Below, in pieces: positions 25,990 to 37,647 of a DNA stretch of 60,247 nt. The stretch's first letter is position 1, and every line of letters begins with the position of its first letter. The notes beneath the pieces were generated by a model. That model worked only from the letters and a program-made list of their open reading frames with translations. It did no database searches and was not told the origin of the DNA. The position numbers and the translations under genes were made by a program. This DNA is from Octopus bimaculoides (Eukaryota). The stretch covers positions 57,432,047 through 57,492,293 of the forward strand of contig NC_068987.1 in assembly GCF_001194135.2 (NCBI RefSeq). Reading direction: 5' to 3'.

Positions 25990-26445
25990 TCTCTGTGTCT
26001 CTCTCGCTCTCTCTGTGTCTCTCTCGCTCTCTGTGTGTCTCTCTCGCTCTCTGTGTGTCTCTCTCGCTCTCTCTGTGTCTCTCTCGCTCTCTCTGTGTCT
26101 CTCTCGCTCTCTGTGTGTCTCTCTCGCTCTCTGTGTGTCTCTCNNNNNNNNNNTCGCTCTCTCTGTGTCTCTCTCGCTCTCTCTGTGTCTCTCTCGCTCT
26201 CTGTGTATCTCTCTCGCTCTCACTGTGTCTCTCTCGCTCTCTCTGTGTCTCTCTCGCTCTCTCTGTATCTCTCTCGCTCTCACTGTGTCTCTCTCGCTCT
26301 CTCTGTGTCTCTCTGGCTCTCTCTGTATCTCTTTCGCTCTCTCTGTGTCTCTCTCGCTCTCTCTGTGTCTCTCTCGCTCTCTCTGTGTCTCTCGCTCTCT
26401 CTCTCTCTCTGTGTCTCTCTCGCGCTCTCTCTGTGTCTCTCTCTC
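25990..26445 (+). repeat. 20-bp-unit minisatellite (CTCTCTCGCTCTCTCTGTGT)n
   Basis: About 20 tandem units with variants. It explains the LS/ER-rich spurious ORFs. Confidence 0.95.
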
Positions 26446-27668
26446 TCTTTCATACACTCTGACAATATTTGTCTGCTTGTCTGTCTGTCTCTCTCCCTTT
26501 TCTCTCTGCCTCCCCCCTCTCTTTTTCAAAGCGAACCGCATTAAAAAAGGGACCATGCAAATTTGTTTCCAGTGTGTTTAAAGTTTTACTGGTGGGAGCT
26601 ACCAACAATGAAGTATTGTTTTGTTTGAAATGTGCCAATATTGGGTTGTTTAGGTGATCGCTTGCCCTGCTAGAAAGAGCAGTCAAATTCCTTAAGTCAC
26701 AGGACTTAATTGACAATGCGGTTTTGGATATATAAAAGACGGAATCGTCTTTTTTGCATATCTAGAATAGTTTTGATGAAAGGTTTGCTCAGTCTAAATC
26801 AACTCGGGCTAAACATCAGCAACAATACCAACAGACAATCTTCATTAGTCTTTTACTGAGTAAAGTTCATATGAGTTATATAATTCTAGTCACGTATGCA
26901 GAAATCCTTTCGTGTCTTGTTGCTAGTATACTGTATAAATAAATCCCTTCTGGAGTCGTGATAACTAATAGGATTGATTGCGTTATAGGCGCATATGTTT
27001 TACATCTGGTTTTGTAGCAGTATTTAACTTGCACTGATTTACTTTGCTGTATAAACACATAAGCCGAATTATGTTAAATTACTTTCCGGGAAAATATTTG
27101 TTGTATGAACTTTGGAGTGAGAAATTAATCTTTTATCTTTACTTAATCCAGCTGCTTAGATTGCAACCATACTGGGACACCACATTGAAGGGTTTTAATG
27201 GAATGAATTTGTAATTAGTCTATTGATCTCTTTAGCGGAACCGCTAAGTTACGGGTATATAAGCTTACCCACTCCGGTTGTCAAGGGATGATCAGGAACA
27301 AATGCAAACACACGCAGATGTATATATACGACAGGCTTCTTTTAGTTTCCGTCTACCAAACCCACTCATAGGGCTTCAGTCGGCCTGGTGACATAACAGA
27401 ATAAAAGGGGCTCTCGGTGCCATGAAGTGGTTTGAAAGCAAACTTCTAGCCACACTGCCACGCATACCCCTATAGGAAATATGGAACGCTGGTCAAATTT
27501 GTGTGTCGTCCTTGTGCAGGGAACATCATTGAACACTACACACATACTCAGACACACACATACACGTACAAATTGTCATTCCCTTAAATTTAAAAACAAC
27601 TCTGTGTTCAGAAATAATACATTTGTAAATCTCTCAGAGAGATTTATGCAGTAGTGATACGATGAAGT

Positions 27669-27826
27669 AGTTGTATGCTGTCAACTTAATGTGTCTCCCC
27701 CTTGTAAACATAAGGACACAGGAAATGTGTCAAGGCCGACAGGAAGCGGTGCAGCTTCCTAGGTCTAACCAACAGTAGTATTATTCCTTTCAGGGGACTG
27801 TCACATTAAGTTGACAGCATACAACT
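27669..27826. mobile_element. Small MITE-like element with 25-bp perfect inverted repeats
   Basis: AGTTGTATGCTGTCAACTTAATGTG (27669-27693) and its exact reverse complement at 27802-27826. Confidence 0.6.
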
Positions 27827-28722
27827 CTGTGTTCATTCATAAAAATCCTACATACTTCTCGAGCAACTATTACTCATGGTTCACTGTAAACGTGCAATTA
27901 AACCAACCAAAACATATTTAGAATAATAAATAAATAAAACTAACCAAAACATCTCAGAATAGCACTATAGATAAAAATCTTTCCCCACTGCATTACATAA
28001 TTCATTAATTGTAACTAATTAAAATTTCAGAGTTATCCCGATGCGTGTGGATATCTGTGTGTGTGTGTGTGTGTGTNNNNNNNNNNNNNNNNNNNNNNNN
28101 NNNNNNNNNNNNNNNNNNNNNNNNNNNNNNNNNNNNNNNNNNNNNNNNNNNNNNNNNNNNNNNNNNNNNNNNNNNNNNNNNNNNNNNNNNNNNNNNNNNN
28201 NNNNNNNNNNNNNNNNNNNNNNNNNNNNNNNNNNNNNNNNNNNNNNNNNNNNNNNNNNNNNNNNNNNNNNNNNNNNNNNNNNNNNNNNNNNNNNNNNNNN
28301 NNNNNNNNNNNNNNNNNNNNNNNNNNNNNNNNNNNNNNNNNNNNNNNNNNNNNNNNNNNNNNNNNNNNNNNNNNNNNNNNNNNNNNNNNNNNNNNNNNNN
28401 NNNNNNNNNNNNNNNNNNNNNNNNNNNNNNNNNNNNNNNNNNNNNNNNNNNNNNNNNNNNNNNNNNNNNNNNNNNNNNNNNNNNNNNNNNNNNNNNNNNN
28501 NNNNNNNNNNNNNNNNATATATATATAATGGCGCAGGCGTGGCTGTGTGTTAAGAAGATTGCTTCCCAACCACATGGTTTGGAGTTCAGTCCCACTTCTG
28601 GCATCTTTGACAAGTGTTTTCTAGTATAGCCTCGAACCGACCAAAGCCTGATGAGTGGATTAAATTATTTGGTAGACAGAATCTGAAAGAAGCTCGTCGA
28701 ATATATACATATACATACATAT

Positions 28723-29119
28723 AAGTTAAATAAAGAGGGTAGAAATTAATATTAATTAATTAATATCAATTTAAACCAGTGTCCTAGCATACTTAAAAAA
28801 TCCGAAGATTAAGAAATTATATTACATACACATATAAGAGGAATAACCACCAAGGTGGATTCCTAATATGCTGGAAGAAGACGCGTAATATGCTAGAATC
28901 GTCTTACCACGAAGAATGTGTTCTCAAGAAATTTCAACAAACGCCAGAATGTAAAACGAGCAACGCAAATGCATATTAGGAATCCAATTTGGTGGTTATT
29001 CCTCTGATATATGTATGCAATATAATTTCTTAATCTTCGGACTTTTAAAGTATGCTAGGCCACTGGTTTAAATTGATATTAATTAACTAATATTAATTTC
29101 TATTCTTATTTTTTAACTT
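28723..29119. mobile_element. AT-rich foldback/MITE with ~149-bp inverted arms and a 99-bp spacer
   Basis: 28723-28871 is the reverse complement of 28971-29119, with scattered mismatches. Confidence 0.82.
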
Positions 29120-29249
29120 TTAAATAACCATGTTCTCTAACCGGTAAATTCGCTGCGGAAATTTATTGTTGTCTTCACTGAGGTTATCAGGTCAGGCATT
29201 TGTTTTCTATCGCATCGCCCGCGTTATAGTACAAGGTCAACTACTGTGA

Positions 29250-29900
29250 AAAATAGGGAGATTGTAGCAAAATCCTTACGAACTTTGCAGCTTATGGGAT
29301 GAATAATAGGCATGGATATATGCTAATAACGAAAAGCAATTTTACATAAATTGGGTTGAATACTTAGAAAAATGTTAAAGGCAAAAGAGCTCGAAAGGTT
29401 TTAGTCATTGCTTCACGTTTTTACCACACTTGAATGAATATAGGATATTACGGTGCTTAATCCTTGGGGAATTTTTATTGAATTTAAATCTGAGAACACT
29501 CGTTAGTATTCCTGAGTCGTTTGCTACCAAGAAAATCTACATGGACTAATTGTTTTAGGTAGTAATGCCAGGTGTGATCCCAATTATGCCAGAAACACGG
29601 TTTATTAGTCAATTTTCTGTTGAAAAATAGGGTTTTGTGCAAAGAAATGGTATCACAATACTTCAAAGACATTGTTTAATCATGGAATACTGAAGACGTT
29701 CAGATTGGCAGTTTAGTTGTGACACAAAGGCCATTATTGACGGAAAATGTGCAAATATTTTGTTCCATAAAAGCAAGTGTTTGGTCATTTTCCATTGACA
29801 AGTTGGGTTTGGTGCATCACAAATGCACTCATAACACACCTTGTACATTGCTGTATTTTTTGGCACCAAAAACATTAAAATTGGCAACGTAGATTAGAAG
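29250..29900 (-). mobile_element. Degenerate Tc1/mariner-like transposase remnant
   Basis: FSDLNSIKI resembles SPDLNPIEN, and FWHNWDHTWH lies at the QQDNAPCH position; many stops. Confidence 0.4.
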
Positions 29901-30090
29901 CAAATCCAAATATTGCCTGAAAATGATTTTAAAATCGTACGACCCGACCTCACTTTTGAGGCTATTTTTGTAGTAAAAAGAGTTGTCGTGCAAAAAACAT
30001 AATTTGGTAGCCGAAAGATTACTGAATCTTTTAAAACTTCATACGTAAAAATCGGCAACTCAGTTTTCGAATCCATAAGGAACATACGCA

Positions 30091-30198
<108 letters not shown>

Positions 30199-31289
30199 CT
30201 CTGTTTTATATAAGTGTGCGTGTGTGTGTGTGTACGATGGGCTCGTTTCATTTTCCATCAACCAAATCTACTTAAAAAGCTTTGATCTGCCAGGGATATA
30301 GTAAGAGATATTTTCCCAATTTAGCACGCAGTACCTCCACGAAACACGTACACATACGTATACATATATACACACAATAAGCTTTCTATCAAGATTAATC
30401 AGTTTCCATTTATATTTTACTACAACCATGTATTATTTCCGTAGATTGAATGGACCGATTTTCCATTGTCTAGTTAACGTGTACAACAAGTGACAGTGAA
30501 GATAAGTCGCAGGTGGATCGTGCAAGTGTTGGCTTGAAGTAATTTTCTGATAAAGGGGATGATATTTATTTCGATACGTCCTCATATACATTTAATATAC
30601 ACCTTAATATACGCACGTGCGTGATGATTCTTTGCCAAGATATATTTCTTGTTACCACGCATACGGATGCTATTAAATACCATTTCAGTCAAACTGGATT
30701 TTTCTTCGATAAACAATTCTTGAATCGATCAGTTATTTTGAGACGATTTTAAACATACAGCTTCTACATGCATCTTCATGGAACTCTTAAATTTGATGAG
30801 GATGACAATCAACTATTATAAGAAATCTAGCTTGAATGACTTCTTTAGAAATCCTACTTATTGACTTCTTACTTGATAACCATAAACATTAGAAGAAACC
30901 GACCATTCTTTACTAAAAAAGTAAACTGATGGAATGAAAGTGAAATGAGAATGAGACAGAGAGTGAGTGAGAGAGAGAGAGAGATACACACACACAGAGC
31001 GAGAGAGAAATACAGTGAAACGCTGAAGATGAATAGAGATATCCTAAGTCACAAATATTTTGACATGAAACACAATTTCCTTTCTTCACTAGAGATTCTG
31101 AAACGAAACCTGGTACCCTAAACCTACCACAATAATGCTGTAAAAGTGGGAACTAGAAAACAAAGCAAAGGAAGGCTTTTCTTTGTATTTGTGTCAGCTT
31201 TTATGTTAAGGATTGAATATTGAACGAGAGAAATAATCCTTTCTACTATAGGCACTAGGCCTGACATTCTGGGGAAAAGAGCCGGTCGA

Positions 31290-32168
31290 GGATCTTTTCC
31301 CTTTGGCCGGAACATTTAAAAAAATAATTTTTTGTAACTAAAGACTTTAAAAATTCGTATACTGGTAGAATGTGTCACATAAAACATCGTTTACTCTTGG
31401 CGTTTTTGAGAAAATTGTGTACTTTCGAAGTTATTTCGTGTTAAAGTTGTCGTATTTCGGTAATTTCAACCAATCAATGACGTCTATTGAGGTGAAAACA
31501 ATTACTGCTGTGGTTTGTCAACAACAACTTCCGGCGGTGTATATTTCGTTTGTCACTGTTATTTATGACGTATTTCATCTCAGTTACGTTTGTCTGAATA
31601 AAGGAGTGTATCTGAAGCATGTTTACTTCATGGCACCACCACAATCGTTCGTGAATTTCTACTGCTTTTAGTTTTTTATCCTGTTTTTCAGCTACTATTT
31701 TCTGAAAGACATTTTTTCCCCCCTCCAACTTTTTCATTTTTCAAATTTTTCCGTAACTCTAACCCTAAAATCCCAGCCCTAACCCTAACCCTAACTGTAA
31801 CCCTAAAACCTTAACCCTAACCTAACCCTAAAACCCTAACCCTAACCCTAAAACCCGAAAGCTAAAACCAGTACAAACGCACAAACAATGTGATAAATAA
31901 CAGTGACAAACGAAATATACACCGCCGATAGTTGTTGTTGACAAACAACGGCAGTAATTTTATTCAGCTGAATACACGTCATTGATTGGTTGAAATTACC
32001 GAAATAAGACAACTTTAATACGAAATAACTTTAAAAATATAAAATTTTCTCAACAACACTAATAAAAAAAGATGTTTTATATGACACATTCTACCAGTGT
32101 CTGAAGTTTGAAAGTGTTTAGTTACAAAAAATTAATTTCTCGATGTGCCGTTCAAAGGGAAAAGATCC
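31290..32168. mobile_element. Non-autonomous foldback DNA transposon (~280-bp TIRs, 8-bp TSD) with an internal (CCCTAA)n-like tract, nested in a SINE
   Basis: Termini GGATCTTTTCCC...GGGAAAAGATCC; TSD CCGGTCGA (31282-31289) / CCAGTCGA (32169-32176). SINE halves lie at 31232-31289 and 32169-32338. Confidence 0.88.
31757..31868 (+). repeat. Degenerate telomere-like (CCCTAA)n tract
   Basis: ccctaaccctaaccctaactgtaaccctaaaaccttaaccctaacc... Confidence 0.9.
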
Positions 32169-33652
32169 CCAGTCGATAACATCGACCCCAGTGAGTAACT
32201 GGCACTTAATTTATCGACCCCGAAACGATGAAAGGCAAAATCGACTCCGGCGGCATTTGAACTCAGAACCTGATGAGAGACAAATTACCGCTAGGCATTT
32301 CGCCCAGCGAACTAACGATTCTGCCAGCTCGCCGCCTAAACAAGAAAAATAATATGAAGAACGTTTTCTAAATATACAAATTCAGTTAAACGCTCACTGT
32401 ATGACCATATCCGTGTGGTCAGACATTCCTATTTTTAACAGTTGAGAAGAAGTTAAATTGATCTTGTATTTGCGACACACTTTATCTTTTGAAATTTATT
32501 GAAAAATCTCTCACACGCTTGAATTTATTACTAAAGAGAATTTGGTTTCGTACACATTCATAATCACTGATTTGTTTTTAAAAACCAGAATTCCTTTCTA
32601 CATTGTATCAGTTACATTTTCCAGATACGCTATTGGAATCAATAATATTATTTAAAGCAATATTACACATCCCAATAAATCACTTCATTTATCGGGAAAA
32701 AAACGTTATCCTCAATTGCTATTTCGGTTGTTGATTCATTTCGGATAATCTCGCTAACCTTTGCCATCCTTAACTATCCATAGCTTATCATAAAGGGAAA
32801 CAAAAAATCCCAGCTGATCAACACGCGCGCAGATTCCCTGTCAGAATATTTTGATTTGCTTCTCTCTGTGTTACAGCTTCCAGCCTAGCTATTGATCGGT
32901 TCTCTTGCTATAGGAAAGAAGCATTTGTCGATGAAAACTAATCTTTATTATTATATTTTCCAGCATTCCTAAGTCAATATCGCTGGTATTTAGAATCTGT
33001 TGTTAGCTAAATTATTTTTATCATCAACATAAGATCGACAGACTGTCTACATGTAAATACGATGAATTTTACTGCTCAAAGTTGTAAACAGTTGGGATAT
33101 TGTATTAACGCTTAGCGTTACTTAGCTTTCAATTTATAATCTATCTTAAGTAAGGAAAGGTCTCCTGAAATCGAAGACCTGGTCTGAGTGCTTGCAACCG
33201 AGCAGATTCCAAAAAAGACACCTATGGTGACATGCAGGACTTTTAAACAGGGTTATAGGTCAAGTCTTCTAGCTAAATATGCCAAAGAGAGATTTGAACT
33301 CAGAACGCAAAGGGCCGGTTGAAATTCCTCAAGTCATCCGATTCGATATTCTTGCTGTTTTGCTAATCCACCAAGTTAGACTGGTATTTAGTTCATTGAC
33401 TCCGAAACGATGAGAGACAATACTTACCTTCTGTTAGGTAGGTATTACTGTTATGGCAGAAAACAGTCTAAACTGCTTAAATGCATTTGGATTGGCCAAA
33501 ACCTGCTCCAGGAACAATTAATATTAATACCTAAAACCAAAGTAAGCGAAGACCATTATAGACTATTTACAACAATCAGATTGCTTGCTTTTGGCACATT
33601 TGGCCATCTGGCGAAGAAAGATCTGAATCACTTCTGGATTATGACAGGTACG

Positions 33653-33845
33653 AAGGCTGCGAGCTAGCAGAAACGTTAGAACGCCGGGCAAAATGCTTAG
33701 CGGCATTTCATTCGTCTTTACGTTCTGAGTTCAAATTTCACCGAGGTTGACTTTGTCTTTCATCGTTTCGGGGGTTGATAAAATAAGTTCCACTTAAGTA
33801 GTGGGGTCGATGTAATCGATTTCCCAAACTGTTGTCTCTGTGCCA
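33653..33845 (+). mobile_element. SINE family A (further diverged family-A pieces at about 33270-33420, 34040-34420, 34910-35300, 36782-36930)
   Basis: aaggctgcgagctagcagaaacgttagaacgccgggc...gagttcaaattt. Confidence 0.82.
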
Positions 33846-36800
33846 GTGTACTTTCAATAAAAGCAAGTTGGTCTCAACGAGATTTGAACTCAGATCGTAA
33901 AGATTCGAAAGAAGTACAGCAAAGTATTAAGGATCATGGCTTTTATATCCAACGTTGACACAAAACTACATATTTGTGTGTGTGTGTGTATGTGTGTGTG
34001 TGTGTGTGCGCGCGCGTGCATATGTGTATATGGATATATTTGATTAAATCGACTTGATTGGAACTTTATTCTATTGATCCTGGAAAGAAGAAAGGCAAAG
34101 TTGATTTCGGGTGTTTGAACTAAGACGGTAAAGAGTTATAACTGAACACAGGAAGACATTTAATCTGATGCTCTAACGATTTTTCTACTCAAACGTTATT
34201 TATTTCTAAAGTAGACACAAGGTCATCGATTTTGGGAGTGGGTGATGGTAAGTTAATATCCGCGAGCCCTGCATTTGTCTGATACTAATTTTATCGACTC
34301 AGAAAGGATGGAAGTAAATTTGGCCCCGGTGAGATTTAAACTCGGAGCGTAAGAAGCTAGAACTAGTGCCACAAGGTATTATTTCAGACGCTTTAACGAT
34401 TCTGCCAATTCACTGCTTTCGCAGTTCAGCGATATGGCACTTAAGAAGAATAAACACACTATTAGATAAATGCAAGTATAACTTAGTTACTTCGATAAAT
34501 ATAAACTCATTTGCGCACATACACATCTTGTTCTTCCAACGGTAGAAAGTGGTGCTCATTCAAGCAAATATAAAGCTTTGATTACTAAACCCGATTAGAT
34601 TCTAAATACAAACGAATTGATTAAGATTTAAGTTATTTGATTTACGCTGCAATACATTATTTCAATATAATATCATTAACGTCAAAATGACCGAATAATT
34701 AATAGCAATTTATTTTCTCATTCTAGAAATACCTAATCAGAAATAATTTTATTATTAAAAAAATATTTTCTGCATTTGATAAATATCGTATAAATTAACT
34801 GTTACATTCTTTGATTAGTTATTTTAAAATACTGATAGACATCCCGTTCTAAATCTCATGATTCAGAGCTCTCTTTAATGTATGTTATCGTTATCATTTA
34901 CTTTCTCAAGGCGGTTAGTCCACAGAAACATTAGCACACCGAATAAAATGTTTTGTGGTATTTCTTTCAGCTCTTTATGTTATGAGTTCAAATTCTGCCG
35001 AGGTCAACTTTGCCTTTTAGCCCTTCAAGGTGTCGATAAATAAAGGAGCAGTTGAGCACTTTGCTGACCTTGCGCCACAACTTGAAGCCATTGTTATTTC
35101 CTTGTTTTATATACAAGCAGTGAAATAGCAGAATCGTTAAAGCAGAGGAGATATTTTGAGGCATATGCTGAAGCTCTCTGAGTTCAAATACTAAAGAGTC
35201 CAACTGTCTTTTTCTCTTTTGGTATCTACGAAAATAAAGTACACGTATCGGGTAGTGGATTGGCGAAATTATTTGAGCGTCGGACAAAATATCCTGTGAT
35301 GTTCGTTCCGGTTCTTTGCATTGTGAGTTTATTGGTTGTAGACTGGATCCATCGCACAAATTTATCGCTATCACTATGAGCGCCAGCAGCAGAGTTCTTT
35401 CTGTTGAAGTCCATCGGGCCTGGACTTCGGTTTGAGCGTAACCTATACCTCTTTTACACTAATCTCTGAGACTGAATAATTAAGGGTATAGGGACTACCA
35501 TTTCATTTCACACCTTGACTAAATGGTAAAATACATATTATTGCATTTCAATTTTGTAAATTACAACTTTTAAGAAGAATAGCTTAGTATTGTACCCTAT
35601 TCTACTGTTAAAAATATGCTTCACATATAATCTTCACATATAATTTTCATGCAATCTCTGCCACATTTGGGTATCTGTTTTAATATCAACTATCTCTGAT
35701 TGTGCCAAATCTTTATCAACTTAACGTGCATTACATTTGGTGTTACGCTAATTCATTAAAATATTACCGAGTATATTTCAGCATAGATTTCATAGTCGAA
35801 TGAAAATATTTGTTAGCAAATTTGAACATTGATTTATACATGCCAACAGTCGTCAATTCAGATACCTGCCTGACCTGCTATTTTCAATCCCCCATTCAAA
35901 TGTCCAGCCGTCCAATCATATATATTCATATATTCATTTAGATACCTACACATTTATCAACATTTGTCCAATAATTTATCTGTATTTCTGCACAGTCTAT
36001 ACAAATATGGTTTTCTCAGTTTATCGATTTGTACAATGGTCCTTCTCTTTTTCATTCTCTGTCTCTCTTATGTAGCAGGCGTTTCTTCATTTCTTCCGGC
36101 CATTTATCTACCTACTCACATAGCTAACCAATTAACTAGGAAACATTGCAAGCAAACTTTCGATTTAACCAACAGCTAAACGGAAACAGGTTTTCAATCA
36201 CTCAACACTCTAGCACTTTAGCTACTGGCTAGTTATGCTATCGTATAAACAAGATTCGTGTTCTCACAATGATTTCAATGAAATGCAGTTTGACTTTTAA
36301 ATGACAATTTTTTTATCAGCTTCATAATATACATATGTCACATCAAATTTTAAACGGTTATTCTCCTTCGTTTAGTAAGTACTATGAATATGTATTAAGC
36401 AAAAAACAAAAAAACAAAAAAATATATATATATAAAGGGTGGTTCTTAGAACAACTTTAGTCATTTGATCATTACAGAAAGACTTTTCATCATATAACAC
36501 TATTTAAGAAAATCATGGTGGTTCGGTTGTATTCTGCTGATGAAGCCAAAGAACACTCGTGAAAGCCCGAATCCGAGAAAACACGTTACAGTTTTTAATT
36601 AATCATCAGTAAAGAAATTCGATGGGATTGATTGCCATGCGGAGTGCACAATATAATGTTCCAGGTCTTGCACTTCCACCTGAGTGTGAAGAAATGATAG
36701 AAAGTAGTTTTATCGCATGGGGAGTATACAAAACTATGCAGTGATAGCAAATAAAATTATACAGAGGTAGGCAAATAAAATAATCCTTTCTACTATAAGT

Positions 36801-37367
36801 ACATAGCCTGATCCCGAAAGAATGAAAGGCAATGTTGACCTCGGTAGGATTTGAACTCAGAAAGTAAAGCCGAATGAAATGCTGTTAAACATTTACCCGG
36901 CATGCTAACGATTCTGTCAGCACGCTGCCTTAATAAGCAAATAATATAACACAGTCTTGGAAGGTGAGCTCTGCATATATACAACAATGGGAATAGAACC
37001 TTTTCGAATGTCAAGTGCCATAACAACCTGCACTAAAATGTCGGCAGTCTATAAGATTCTTAGCCATATGCAAAGTTGTTTAATCAAAGAATAAGAGCCC
37101 AAATACGTACACGTACACGCAAGCCCGTAAAATGAAATCAAAGTGAATAATATTAGTATGGTATAGGTAGAAGAGAAATCTATGTTTTTGTTAACAAACA
37201 ATAAGTAGTGAGTCTTGTATTTAATATATTTTACATTATTAGCTCACAAGCATGTAAGGCAAGAGCAGTCAGACGGAAAGGTGCAACTATGCACATACAT
37301 GTATGAACATTTCATATACATTCATAATACAGATGTACATACATATATGTGGGTATATACATACATA

Positions 37368-37400
<33 letters not shown>

Positions 37401-37647
37401 NNNNNNNNNNNNNNNNNNNNNNNNNNNNNNNNNNNNNNNNNNNNNNNNNNNNNNNNNNNNNNNNNNNNNNNNNNNNNNNNNNNNNNNNNNNNNNNNNNNN
37501 NNNNNNNNNNNNNNNNNNNNNNNNNNNNNNNNNNNNNNNNNNNNNNNNNNNNNNNNNNNNNNNNNNNNNNNNNNNNNNNNNNNNNNNNNNNNNNNNNNAT
37601 AATAACATATACACATATAAATAAATATATACAATATTCATATTATA

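Noticed and set aside
26560-26720. LLVAPTSKTLNTLETNLHGPF resembling Pif1/Helitron helicase motif Ia
   Set aside because: No Walker A or other helicase motif that I could verify nearby.
28871-28915. ctggaagaagacgc..gaatcgtc hammerhead-like spacer in the foldback
   Set aside because: The core and GAAA are altered and there is no stem I.
36535-36580. CTGATGA...GAAA hammerhead-like words
   Set aside because: Stems I and II do not pair.
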